64,000 nt of DNA, from the IMG/VR virus record IMGVR_UViG_3300000568_000014; one strand, given 5' to 3'. The notes beneath the pieces are model-generated. The model worked only from the letters and a program-made list of their open reading frames with translations, had not been told where the DNA came from and did not search any database. The DNA comes from a virus. Position numbers and translations under genes: made by a program. This document shows, piece by piece, positions 1 to 9,760 of this stretch. How positions within the stretch are numbered: the stretch's first letter is position 1; each line of letters begins with the position of its first letter.

Positions 1-131
1 TTTGACAAGATCTGTTTGTCTCGCTGGCTGTCCAATGTTGTACATGGCAGCGACTATTTTTGTTTTGGAATCTCCAACGTTTTCAAGATTGATTTGTATC
101 GAAGGGCGTTCTCCATTTTCGGTTTCCATGA

Positions 132-380
132 TCACACCGAATCAATTGAGTACAGATCTTCCTTTGCGTACTCTAATATTTTCTCAGTCTGTTCGATCCA
201 CTGTGGAGTAAGGGGATTTATTTTGAAATGTTCCAAAACATTTTCCTTTTCCAATATCCAGTTCCTTAACAGAGTTGAGATGATAACTCTTGTGGAAAGG
301 TGTAAAGGAATAGAAGATGTTTCACCATTGTAATTCGTATCCATCATCAGTCTCCTTGAGTTCGCACTTTTTATACTCAT
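132..380 (-). CDS. hypothetical protein
   Basis: 82-aa ORF at the end of a run of closely spaced minus-strand genes; start uncertain. Confidence 0.45.
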   Translation of the reverse strand: MSIKSANSRRLMMDTNYNGETSSIPLHLSTRVIISTLLRNWILEKENVLEHFKINPLTPQWIEQTEKILEYAKEDLYSIDSV

Positions 381-654
381 CTTTTAAAACGTCATGAAAC
401 AGAATAAACGGAACATCTTCTATGTCAAACAAACCTTCAATTACCTTACCCTCTGGGCTTTCAATATCGTAGTATTTCATGGAACCAGAATCTATTTCCT
501 CTTGATAAAGTTCCTTGAAAGCGATGCAATTTGGACAAAATTCCTGTCCAACCGCTATAAATTCTCCCTGTGGGTATTTTTTAAGAAGCCTTTCCTCCAC
601 TCTGCGAATTAGTTCTTCCCTCACTTCTATACCCACATCCCCGTTTCCGAGCAT
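322..654 (-). CDS. thioredoxin/glutaredoxin-like protein
   Basis: CPNC active-site motif after a beta strand (FIAVGQEFCPNC) and a cis-Pro motif (IEDVPFILF). Confidence 0.7.
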   Translation of the reverse strand: MLGNGDVGIEVREELIRRVEERLLKKYPQGEFIAVGQEFCPNCIAFKELYQEEIDSGSMKYYDIESPEGKVIEGLFDIEDVPFILFHDVLKDEYKKCELKETDDGYELQW

Positions 655-1031
655 CTTTCACGCGCTTCCTGCCACGCTATCTTTATGGAGTCCATAACCT
701 CTTCCCCATCTTCCTTGTGGAGTTGCCAAGCGCGAGCTAATACCCAGTTATGAAGGGAATTCATATTTGAACACTCTGCATCTCCAAGTTCGTTTTCAAG
801 AACTTCGTTGTATTTCTCATCTATGGGAAACATCTCATTTATGTTTGTCTGGCTGAACCCCATAAACATGGCAACCTGTCGGAATGCATCTTCGGGATTC
901 GAACACAAATTAAACACTTCTGCAAATGCTACTTGGCAAAACTCTGACGGATCATAGTTCTCGTTCATTTTTAACGCTCCTCCACGATTGATCTTACCAT
1001 ATCCTTCTCTTCCATGGTTAAATCCGTCCAT
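627..1031 (-). CDS. hypothetical protein
   Basis: Acidic helical ORF; the likely start is the internal MNENY after a GGAG RBS. Confidence 0.55.
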   Translation of the reverse strand: MDGFNHGREGYGKINRGGALKMNENYDPSEFCQVAFAEVFNLCSNPEDAFRQVAMFMGFSQTNINEMFPIDEKYNEVLENELGDAECSNMNSLHNWVLARAWQLHKEDGEEVMDSIKIAWQEARERCSETGMWV

Positions 1032-1540
1032 TTCTTAGACTTATCTACTTTACCCATGGATTTTAGGCGTCGTAATGCTGAATACTTCTTTGATGCACTC
1101 ATTATACCACGAGTATTCTCCTTTACCTCCAAAAGGTCCGATTTCAATACTTCTGTGGCCTTAGAAAGCGACTCTTTACATACTCCACACTTGGTTTTTC
1201 CGGTTGCTGCCTCAAGGGATTTTTGAGCTTTTTGAAGAGACGAAAGGGAATCCTCTATAAGGGACGACATATCCCTCACGTCTCTCATATCGGGGGGTTC
1301 CTCTCTACGGGGGAGATTGCTTGCCTCTACCTTCTTCATCATATCCGCGTAGAAGTTCTCTATTCTCTTCTCCTCATCTTCCTTGACAATTACTCTATCA
1401 ATTGCTGTGTTTGCAATATGTGATAGTACAACAGCCGCAGTAACAGGGAGTATATAAACCTTAAAGGCCGTGGCTAAATTCATATCAGAAGTAATACTAC
1501 TTGGGGAACCAATTGAAATCGGATTTGGAACGAGTTTCAT
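971..1540 (-). CDS. membrane-anchored coiled-coil protein
   Basis: N-terminal hydrophobic segment, heptad-rich helices, one CxxC. Confidence 0.55.
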   Translation of the reverse strand: MKLVPNPISIGSPSSITSDMNLATAFKVYILPVTAAVVLSHIANTAIDRVIVKEDEEKRIENFYADMMKKVEASNLPRREEPPDMRDVRDMSSLIEDSLSSLQKAQKSLEAATGKTKCGVCKESLSKATEVLKSDLLEVKENTRGIMSASKKYSALRRLKSMGKVDKSKKWTDLTMEEKDMVRSIVEER

Positions 1541-1551
1541 ACAATATCACT

Positions 1552-1923
1552 TCATTGTTTGATTCCTATGCCTCTTAATATTTCGTTCACTTGTCGATCA
1601 AGCCACATAATACCATTGTCAGTGTTTATGATTATCGAGTAAAGTTCTGGATGATCCTCCTTGAGGAAAGAAAGTGTAAGTTTTGTGAAACCACCATACT
1701 TCTTCTCAACTGTCTCGACATACTCATCAGCCATGCTAAGGATAAATCCAGGTACACTATCTACCTGACGTTTTATCTCATCCTCTCCACATTCCCATAG
1801 AGAGACGTTATTTTGAATCGCCGTAACGAGATTGTCCGGGTTTACATTATCCTCGTCAAATACATTGTTCAACTTCTTACGAACAATTCCCTCTGCTACC
1901 ATCTCCATAAAGCTCCCGTCCAT
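1552..1923 (-). CDS. hypothetical protein
   Basis: 123-aa ORF translationally coupled to the upstream gene. Confidence 0.6.
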   Translation of the reverse strand: MDGSFMEMVAEGIVRKKLNNVFDEDNVNPDNLVTAIQNNVSLWECGEDEIKRQVDSVPGFILSMADEYVETVEKKYGGFTKLTLSFLKEDHPELYSIIINTDNGIMWLDRQVNEILRGIGIKQ

Positions 1924-3815
1924 TAGAAAACCCCTTCCTTTCTAAAGGATCTTTGATCTGCATCACTAATTTCATTTTCGGTTTCTCCTGTATCAGACAT
2001 GTTTACTTCAAAATCTGGAGAACTCACTACCTGTATAGGAGAAGACTCTTCGCTTTGTACATCCTGGGGTTCCACCTCAACTCCATACACCTTCCCGCAT
2101 TTGGGGCAGATTACAGACGTAGTACCCCTTGGAAAGACTATTGAATTTCCACAAGATGGACAGGGAAGGGTATTCGTGTTTTCAGTATAAGTTCCCATGA
2201 CCTGCTGTGGAGGAACCGAAGAACCCCTCTGAGCCATGGAAGCGACTACGTTTCCTATGGCGGGAACTACATTGTTTATTGTTTCTTTAATCAACTCCCT
2301 GTTTCTCTCGGCAGATATTTTTTCCTGCTCGAATTTATTCTTATTGAGTTCAATTTCACTCTGGAGTTTCATAGCCTCTATCATTTTCTGGAACTCTTCT
2401 ATTGTCCTAGAAGTCCCAGAGCCACCGCCCTCCAATCCTTTTTTTAATTCTTTCAACTCCTCGACAACTGCACCCATTGCCGGATCTCCGCGAGATGTCT
2501 CCAAGGTGTGACTAAGGAGTGTCTGTATGAGCTGAGGCATCATTGCAGCATTTGGATCTTGTGGGGCTGGACGAGACTCTGTTTTGTTCTCTATAAGCTT
2601 GAGAAGCAATGGAAGCATAATGTTAGATGCGTCATTGCTCTTTGGAGCAATCATCTGGTTGAGATACTGCTTAAGACCATCAAGTTGTTTTCCAGTCTCC
2701 TCGTTAATCATTTTCTTAACTTCATCTCGGCTTGGTCCGTTTCTCTGATTCATGCCCATCATCATGGGATTCACCATCTGAGGCATCATCGGATTCATTC
2801 CCATCATCATGGGGTTCATCTGCATTTGCTGCAACGCCTGATTCCATAGCGGCATATACTGAGGATTAGATTGTAACCACATCATGAATCCCTGCGGATT
2901 TGATTGGTAGTTCTGGATCATCCACATGATAGATGCTTGGTTTGGAGGAACCTGCGTACCAAAATTTCCAGGGGATTGTCCTGGGAGCGGTGGCTGGTTT
3001 GATGCAGGAGCTCCAAACGGGGGATTATATCCGGGCATAGATATATTTCCAAGTGGACCCATCATGTCGCTTATCCGATTTGCTCTCATCTTCTTTTCGT
3101 TCCACGCATTTAAGCGGAAAGAATAGCGAGTTGCAATCTTCTTTGCTATAAGTTGAGTGATTCCATACTGTTCAAGGATTGTCTGTAGTTCGTTTGGCTG
3201 TACATGCTCCCTGTAGCTAAGGAAGTCAAGCAATTCTTCCTTGGCATTGGGAGGAAGATCTGAAGAATTTATAACCTCAGAAAGGATTTCTCCGGGTGTC
3301 TTTTCAAGAGCCTCCTCAAACGGGGTCTTCTTTACTACCTCCTCTGGAGTAGATTCGTCTTCACTTGTTACATCGGCACTATGTTCCTCTGTCATCTTGT
3401 TCTCCTTCTCGTATCTCTCTATTGCTTGTAATACCTTCGTAGCTGGTTCTATCTCATCTATCTCCTCCGGCGCAACCATGTACGATTTACTCGCGTCCAC
3501 GCTATCATAACTGTAATCCTTCAGCGGTTCTGTTAAATCAATAATTGGGATCGGAGAAGACGTAGCTGGACGAGTCCCTTTCGCGAGTGTCTTCTTAGAA
3601 GCATCCCCAACACCTGACGATACGGAAGCAATATAGTCCTTTGCTCCGTCGATGCTGGTGTTTAACAATTCTGCTACAGTCTTCCACGAAAGTATCACCG
3701 AGACTCCACACTCAGGACAGTTTGTTCTTACTCCCTTACCACCTTTAAATGGTATGAGCATGTCGTTAGTAAGATCAAAGATATGACCCTTTCTACACTT
3801 TACTTTCGGTGCCAT
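1923..3815 (-). CDS. large protein with N- and C-terminal Zn ribbons and a Q/M/N/P-rich low-complexity core
   Basis: CRKGH..CPEC at the N-terminus, CPSC..CPKC near the C-terminus, QQMQMNPMMMGMNPMM tract, coiled coil. Confidence 0.65.
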   Translation of the reverse strand: MAPKVKCRKGHIFDLTNDMLIPFKGGKGVRTNCPECGVSVILSWKTVAELLNTSIDGAKDYIASVSSGVGDASKKTLAKGTRPATSSPIPIIDLTEPLKDYSYDSVDASKSYMVAPEEIDEIEPATKVLQAIERYEKENKMTEEHSADVTSEDESTPEEVVKKTPFEEALEKTPGEILSEVINSSDLPPNAKEELLDFLSYREHVQPNELQTILEQYGITQLIAKKIATRYSFRLNAWNEKKMRANRISDMMGPLGNISMPGYNPPFGAPASNQPPLPGQSPGNFGTQVPPNQASIMWMIQNYQSNPQGFMMWLQSNPQYMPLWNQALQQMQMNPMMMGMNPMMPQMVNPMMMGMNQRNGPSRDEVKKMINEETGKQLDGLKQYLNQMIAPKSNDASNIMLPLLLKLIENKTESRPAPQDPNAAMMPQLIQTLLSHTLETSRGDPAMGAVVEELKELKKGLEGGGSGTSRTIEEFQKMIEAMKLQSEIELNKNKFEQEKISAERNRELIKETINNVVPAIGNVVASMAQRGSSVPPQQVMGTYTENTNTLPCPSCGNSIVFPRGTTSVICPKCGKVYGVEVEPQDVQSEESSPIQVVSSPDFEVNMSDTGETENEISDADQRSFRKEGVF

Positions 3816-4343
3816 CTACATTTGCTCCTCGTTTTGTTCGACAAGTTTTAATCTTTGTTTCTTTTTTTCTCTATCGCTAGACAATGTTTTCGAGGTTTCT
3901 ACAAGACCAAAAATGAAACCACCTATGCTTGAGAACCCTTTCATTACCATTGTTCCTCTCTCTTCCGCAGTTTTTGATCCATCATCATCAAACCCTGCCA
4001 TTATGTAAGCGATAGCAGATCCAGGAACGGTTCCGGCGGTTACAGAAGCTCTTGCAATGTCATCAAAGTTAGTGAGAACATCAAATGGATTCGTCTTAGG
4101 TATGGTCAAACCTTGAATTGGTTTATTTACATCAAGGTTTATTCCCCCTTCTCCTTCTGCTGCTCTTACTGCAACTTGGGAGGTTTTGGTTACCTTCTTC
4201 TTTATGCCACTTATCCTTCTGGATACAGTGGTTCTATGGACCCCAAATTTCTCAGCTATTTGATCTTCGTCCCAACCCTGTTGGTGTAAAGAGAACATTT
4301 GCAAAGTTTCGGCCTCTATTTCTTTTTTTGTCTTTCTTCCCAT
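3816..4343 (-). CDS. HTH DNA-binding protein
   Basis: N-terminal GWDEDQIAEKFGVHRTTVSRRI helix-turn-helix. Confidence 0.7.
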   Translation of the reverse strand: MGRKTKKEIEAETLQMFSLHQQGWDEDQIAEKFGVHRTTVSRRISGIKKKVTKTSQVAVRAAEGEGGINLDVNKPIQGLTIPKTNPFDVLTNFDDIARASVTAGTVPGSAIAYIMAGFDDDGSKTAEERGTMVMKGFSSIGGFIFGLVETSKTLSSDREKKKQRLKLVEQNEEQM

Positions 4344-4462
4344 ATGTAAATATTATTTTTCCGCTAAATATATAACACTTACTACTATTTTATGCTACAT
4401 ATTAATTTCACAAAATTATATATGTTGAGTAGTAGTAACATTAATGTAGGGAAGTGATGTGA

Positions 4463-4969
4463 TTGAAGAAAGAGGAATATGAAAAGAACGATAATATAGA
4501 GATATTAAAGCGTTTAACCAGCGTCTTGAACGAAAAAGACGAACAAATAAAAAAGTCAGAAGCTATACTTAGATCAATATTAGAATGTTCCCCAATTGGT
4601 ATTGCCCTTGTTGATAAGAGGAATATAATATGGTCAAACAAGGCAATGTCAACCACTTTCGGTTATTCTATGGAAGAATTGAATGGGATAGCAGTAAGGA
4701 CACTATACCCAGATAATGAAGAATATATTCGTGCTGGGGATAAACTTTATAATGATAGATTCAGTGGAAGTGGAAGAGGAGAAATAAAAGTAAAATTAAT
4801 GAAAAAAGACGGAACTGTTTTTGACGCGCTTCTGCGAGCCTCTTTTATTTCGAAAGAAAGTGAAATGATGAAATATTTGAAAGACGCGGATTTAATGATA
4901 ATAGCGATAGTAATAGATCTTGTTGAATTAAAAGCGATATGCGAGGGGTATCTTTACGCGGGGGTATAA
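4463..4969 (+). CDS. PAS-domain protein
   Basis: SEAILRSILECSPIGIALVD..IIWSNKAM..FGYSMEELNG..KKDGTVF is a typical PAS S-box. Confidence 0.85.
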   Translation: MKKEEYEKNDNIEILKRLTSVLNEKDEQIKKSEAILRSILECSPIGIALVDKRNIIWSNKAMSTTFGYSMEELNGIAVRTLYPDNEEYIRAGDKLYNDRFSGSGRGEIKVKLMKKDGTVFDALLRASFISKESEMMKYLKDADLMIIAIVIDLVELKAICEGYLYAGV

Positions 4970-4972
4970 ATT

Positions 4973-5215
4973 TTGTCGGAGGATGATATAAATAACGGTG
5001 GATGGAAAGAGTGGTCCAAATATGTTATAAAGGAGCTTGAAAGACTTGGTTGTAGAGATGATATACAGGAAGAGAAAATAACAAACCTCAGAATAAACGT
5101 AGAAAAAATATCTACTCAGATGAAGGAAAGAGGAGCAATGTGGGGATTTGCAGCAGGTGTTATAGCGACTGCAATAACAGAACTTATTTTATTTTTTGCC
5201 AAAAATATTTTTTAA
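4973..5215 (+). CDS. small coiled-coil plus C-terminal TM protein (holin-like)
   Basis: 80 aa, coiled coil followed by one TM helix. Confidence 0.45.
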   Translation: MSEDDINNGGWKEWSKYVIKELERLGCRDDIQEEKITNLRINVEKISTQMKERGAMWGFAAGVIATAITELILFFAKNIF

Positions 5216-6586
5216 TTTTTCTAGGAATTTCTTGATTAACTCCGAAATATTTGGTTTATTCGGGGGAGTAACCGGATCATCTCCAAAGAATAGTTGCACT
5301 TCAACTAGTTGAGGAGTAACTTTAACCGTCTTGAACACGGAGTTCATGGGATTCGACTTTTTAACGGCCTTTAAAATGTATTCTCCTTCTTTCTTGAGTT
5401 GTGCTGTTATTTTATTGTCGCTAGTATCCCCGTGATATACATTGTCAATATACACTTTCGCAGGGGCATTTGTGATGATCGTTACTTTCTGACGGATGTT
5501 ATCGCGTATGAATGCGGATTCTTCCGAGTCAAGGGCTACGAAACAGTCTATCTTAGCTCTCTGCCAATAACTGTCTGACATCCATTCAAGCCGGGGATAA
5601 CCCTGTAAGCACCACGAATTATAGAAGTACCATCCCCATGTTGATCCGCGCTTACCACGACCTTTAATAAGTATAGCATGTCCTCCGATAGAAGAACCCT
5701 TCCAAGATTGCCATACACCGCCTCCCTTGGCACTATTGAAGGTTCCCTCTGCTATCTCCATTGCTGCAAGAAGGCCGATTCCATCATGATCGATAAGAGC
5801 GTTGATCATCGAAATATTATTGGAACATCTTGCAAATCCATTTATCTTATGATTTTGAGCGGTTTCAAAATATTTCTCTCCGGTCTCTGGATCTGCATCT
5901 GGAAGCGGATCTTTAGCGGCGTAAACACCATCCCTAAAGTATATCCACTGTCTATCCCGACCGACCCCGTCTGTTACCAAATGTTTTAAAGCGTAATCAA
6001 TATAGTATCCAGCCTGAGTAAAATTGTCTAACTTTCTGAAATGGTAATAAATTCCACCAGCGGAAAATGACTGCCAAAACAGGATATCATAATAGGGACC
6101 GTTTGGATTGTTCGGATCGTAAAGAACATTTCTTCTCACTTCTTTCCTGTCTTCATCGGTTGGATTATCCTCCGGTCTTAATGCCGAATGGATATCATCC
6201 ATCAGAGAGGCAGATGCCTGGGCTACACAGGAACCCACGTTTCCCTGATCCCTCTCTACAATGTTTTCCCCTCTCTTTGGTTCTATTTCAATCTCGTCAG
6301 AACCCACCAATTGAGTCTTCTGCGTACGAAGGTCGTTATAATTAAAAAACCCATCGGAGGTTACTTTCCGAACTTTATCAAATACGAATCTTAGGAAAAA
6401 ACGATCTTCCCTGGTCGTTGGACCCTCTCTTAGATGTATATACTCTTTTACTCTTCCATTGTTAAGGTAAAATAGTATATCGGATTTAGGTACTTCTTTA
6501 TTTAGATAATCATACAGCCCTTCAAGAGTTTGTCCGTTCTTCTCTCTTAACGCTCTATATACCTTGTCTTCGTCTTTAAGTTTCAT
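5189..6586 (-). CDS. papain-like (C1 family) cysteine peptidase
   Basis: RDQGNVGSCVA (Gln/Cys), GGHAILIKG (His), YNSW (Asn); PEGA-like C-terminal domain and amphipathic tail. Confidence 0.85.
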   Translation of the reverse strand: MKLKDEDKVYRALREKNGQTLEGLYDYLNKEVPKSDILFYLNNGRVKEYIHLREGPTTREDRFFLRFVFDKVRKVTSDGFFNYNDLRTQKTQLVGSDEIEIEPKRGENIVERDQGNVGSCVAQASASLMDDIHSALRPEDNPTDEDRKEVRRNVLYDPNNPNGPYYDILFWQSFSAGGIYYHFRKLDNFTQAGYYIDYALKHLVTDGVGRDRQWIYFRDGVYAAKDPLPDADPETGEKYFETAQNHKINGFARCSNNISMINALIDHDGIGLLAAMEIAEGTFNSAKGGGVWQSWKGSSIGGHAILIKGRGKRGSTWGWYFYNSWCLQGYPRLEWMSDSYWQRAKIDCFVALDSEESAFIRDNIRQKVTIITNAPAKVYIDNVYHGDTSDNKITAQLKKEGEYILKAVKKSNPMNSVFKTVKVTPQLVEVQLFFGDDPVTPPNKPNISELIKKFLEKLKNIFGKK

Positions 6587-7522
6587 TTAAATCACTCCAT
6601 ACTTAATCATATAATGATCCTCTAACATTAACTTTCTTATAGGATCTATAAACGCCGTTCTATCTGTATAAACATCTCCGATTGCGGAGGTTTTTGAAAC
6701 ATGCCCCAACACAAAATCTATAAAAATATCAGGCGTTCCAAGTAGTCTCTGTTGCGTTTGAAAACTTTTACGGAATGTCTTTGCAGTGACTACAATATCT
6801 TTAAATATTGGTTTCTTCATGTGCTTCTGCCACGAAGTTAGGTTCTTCGTAAGGTAACTTCCTGCATATTTTATTTTAGGAGATTTATAAACATGTTGAA
6901 TATATGGTGTAATTTTATCATTCCATGGCAAATACCTTACGGAATCTCCCATCTTCGCAGTCCTTAAATACATACTTCTTTCTTTCCAGTCTATTTTTGC
7001 CGACTTAAGGTGTAACTCTATTTCAATGGGTCTTGCACCAAAATATGCTTCCATTACAGCAAGACTATACACAAGAGAATTAAGATGGGAATCGCTCAAT
7101 TTCTCTAAGAAGATTGTTAGTTCTTCTGGGGTAAGAGAGTTCTTCACCATGGGATTGCTTTGCCTCTTGTTTCGAACAAGATCAATTTGAGATATTCTCT
7201 GTGTCTCAATAATAACAGAAGAATCCCCAAACTCAAGAGAACCTGCCCGATACTTCAGGTAACTCTTAACCGCTGCACGGAAGAGATTTGCAGTACGCGC
7301 GTTTTTGATAAGCGAGAAATAGCGTTCAAAATCCCCGGAAGTAAACACATTTATGTTTTTCCCGTTTTTCTCCAACCACTTTTCAAAGCCCCTCAACGAG
7401 TAATAGTAAACCTTAGCCGCAGGTTTTCTATCATTCGTTTCAAGATTCTTACAAAAATCTTCTATGCTAATGTCCGTAACGTGGACACCATTAGATAGAT
7501 GCATACACACATATACAGCCAC
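6587..7522 (-). CDS. tyrosine recombinase/integrase (Xer-like)
   Basis: Catalytic set GARPIE (R), TAKMG (K), KTFRKSF (K/HxxR), LGH, DVY (Tyr); N-terminal SAM-like domain. Confidence 0.9.
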   Translation of the reverse strand: MAVYVCMHLSNGVHVTDISIEDFCKNLETNDRKPAAKVYYYSLRGFEKWLEKNGKNINVFTSGDFERYFSLIKNARTANLFRAAVKSYLKYRAGSLEFGDSSVIIETQRISQIDLVRNKRQSNPMVKNSLTPEELTIFLEKLSDSHLNSLVYSLAVMEAYFGARPIEIELHLKSAKIDWKERSMYLRTAKMGDSVRYLPWNDKITPYIQHVYKSPKIKYAGSYLTKNLTSWQKHMKKPIFKDIVVTAKTFRKSFQTQQRLLGTPDIFIDFVLGHVSKTSAIGDVYTDRTAFIDPIRKLMLEDHYMIKYGVI

Positions 7523-7533
7523 ATACTATATAG

Positions 7534-7563
7534 TTTTTCTGTTAACGGATATTAACAGAAAAA
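7534..7563. repeat. dif-like palindromic site 1 (TTTTTCTGTTAA-CGGATA-TTAACAGAAAAA)
   Basis: Perfect 12-bp inverted arms with a 6-bp spacer, 11 bp upstream of the recombinase start. Confidence 0.85.
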
Positions 7564-7581
7564 GTTCAGATTTAAAAAAGA

Positions 7582-7899
7582 TTATGCTGCGGGAGCAGGA
7601 GGAGCAGTGAGCCTCGATATAACCGCAAGAACAATCTTCTTCACGATATACACAACACCCATGTTGGCAGTGATCGCAGCAAGGACACTTTCCTGGGTAA
7701 CTTCTACGCCACCAAGTACATATGCCGCACCAACTACACCACCAATCACGATAGTAGCTAAGAGTCCAGCCCAGTCAACTTCTTTGGGGTCTGGTCCAAC
7801 ATAATTGGCGGCAAACCCAATGACTGCATAGACCAGAGCACTGAGCACTGGAACAAGGAATGTCATCATTGCGTCCATAGATAGGTATAGGTTCTTCAA
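7582..7899 (-). CDS. small multi-pass membrane protein (holin-like)
   Basis: About three hydrophobic helices in ~100 aa. Confidence 0.55.
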   Translation of the reverse strand: MKNLYLSMDAMMTFLVPVLSALVYAVIGFAANYVGPDPKEVDWAGLLATIVIGGVVGAAYVLGGVEVTQESVLAAITANMGVVYIVKKIVLAVISRLTAPPAPAA

Positions 7900-7924
7900 T
7901 AATATAAAATATTTGCTTTTTTTA

Positions 7925-8722
7925 TTAAACTGGACGTATCATATTCGCAGAGGCGCAAAGTGCCTGAACATCGGGAGAAGAACACATATACGGAACGCTT
8001 ATAGCAACCGAGTCATGCGCTCCTACAATTCTGTATTCACCAGGATATTGAACCGGATCTTTACCTTCTATAAATTCAAAGTCTCCTCCCTCTTCCCAAA
8101 CTCTTACAGTATAATAAACGCGACCCGGATAATTATTGAATATTCTAACAATCTGATTAACTTCTTCTCCAAATTCTATATCCTGTATAAAATCAAGCCC
8201 AGTTAAAATAACGTCGTATAGAGAGTCCCTTGGAACGCATTTTACAGAGAAAACAAAATCTGGGATTATTTCAAACGATTCGTGCGCTGTTTCAGAGTAT
8301 ATCTCAAGCCTCATTCTATAAATATGCGTTCCCTCTATTGGAAGAGTAAACCTTGTTGAAGAATCCCCATAAGTGTCTAAAAGTCTCTTATATACTTCTT
8401 CGTTGCTGTGAAACGCAGGAGCCTGGAGACCCCATTCTTGACTATATTCTGTATGAACAATATTCCACGATGTCCCGATTCTTTCATCCATATAGAGAAT
8501 CCAGTGTGGATACGTTTCCTCGATTGGAGAGTGAATAATAAATGACACCACGCAATGAACTAACAAATCAGGAAATGTCCCTCCCGGAAGAACCCCTCCC
8601 ATGGTATCTGGATAATATGTTCCATCTCCACTTACTGAAAACGGATAGCTTCCAGAGTGCGCCAAATCTGTTGTGAACATCCTCGATTCACTCGGATGAT
8701 AAGTAACTGTCCTCTCAACCAT
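7925..8722 (-). CDS. beta-rich protein with a C-terminal Ig/CARDB-like domain
   Basis: C-terminal EFGEEVNQIVRIFNN...ALCASAN pattern resembles the other Ig-like ORFs. Confidence 0.45.
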   Translation of the reverse strand: MVERTVTYHPSESRMFTTDLAHSGSYPFSVSGDGTYYPDTMGGVLPGGTFPDLLVHCVVSFIIHSPIEETYPHWILYMDERIGTSWNIVHTEYSQEWGLQAPAFHSNEEVYKRLLDTYGDSSTRFTLPIEGTHIYRMRLEIYSETAHESFEIIPDFVFSVKCVPRDSLYDVILTGLDFIQDIEFGEEVNQIVRIFNNYPGRVYYTVRVWEEGGDFEFIEGKDPVQYPGEYRIVGAHDSVAISVPYMCSSPDVQALCASANMIRPV

Positions 8723-8759
8723 AATAGTTAATATTACCTATTAAAATAAAATAGTATTT

Positions 8760-8996
8760 ATGGCAAAACGCGATGTGTGCAGTGCAATTGGAAATTATGG
8801 AAGAGGAATGAAAATAAAAGATTTTAATCCAAAAGAGGTTAAAATTGGAATGGAAGTTGAAAAGGAACACACTTTAGATGAATGTATACGCGAAAAAATT
8901 GTGCTTGATCATCTTTCAGAAATCGATGATTATTATACACGACTAATAAAAATGGAAACAGAAGCAAAAAATGAAAAAAGAAAAAGAAAACGTTAG
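8760..8996 (+). CDS. DUF5661-like protein
   Basis: GMEVEKEHT...IVLDHLSEIDDYYTRL motif. Confidence 0.7.
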   Translation: MAKRDVCSAIGNYGRGMKIKDFNPKEVKIGMEVEKEHTLDECIREKIVLDHLSEIDDYYTRLIKMETEAKNEKRKRKR

Positions 8997-9427
8997 ATAT
9001 GCTCTAAATTCTTCTTTCCCATTACTAATTCCATTTCCCTAAAGTATTCTAAATCCCTATCCATATCTTTCATATAGTGATTTATAACCTTTCTAAACTC
9101 TATGAACGTTGATTCAAGCGTTGCAGAGAACCTTCTTGCTTCTTTTGAACCCATCCTCTTTATCATATCCTGATTTAATTCAAAGAGGCTATTTGAAACA
9201 TCTTCAATGGTAAGATTGTGCTCCTTCATGAGGTAAGCACATGTAACAACGCTCGCTGTAAACATTGTTTCAACCGCTGCAATTGCTTCCTCGTCTTGCT
9301 GATATGTCATTTTATCGAGAAGAACGTATGCATTATTTTGTAAAACTACGTTTATTGCTATCATGTCGGCGGCTTCTTTTCTTCCACTACAGGGAGGTTT
9401 TTTAGGAGCCATGCTATTCATAGGCAT
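8993..9427 (-). CDS. hypothetical protein
   Basis: 144-aa helical ORF. Confidence 0.55.
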   Translation of the reverse strand: MPMNSMAPKKPPCSGRKEAADMIAINVVLQNNAYVLLDKMTYQQDEEAIAAVETMFTASVVTCAYLMKEHNLTIEDVSNSLFELNQDMIKRMGSKEARRFSATLESTFIEFRKVINHYMKDMDRDLEYFREMELVMGKKNLEHI

Positions 9428-9760
9428 AGTTTTATTTTAACATATAATAAATGTTTTTAGGGAATCTTTTTTGAAAAGAGGAGAAAATAGAGGTCTTTTT
9501 AAATTTTAGCAATTTCTATGTCGTTATCTTGCCATTTGAACTCAAATTTTTTAACGATTTTAAGAACGCTCCCATCCCGCGATAATATATTTCTTTCCAA
9601 AACTGCCTCTTCAAGGCTGCGGGTCTGTTTTAAGACAATTGGTTCTTTATTTTCGTTAATAAACGAAAAATCCAAGAGTTCATAGTACGACATGATAGTT
9701 TCCTCGACCCGTATTAATTGGTTTTCTATCTATAAAAATTTGAATTTTAAGAAAAATATA

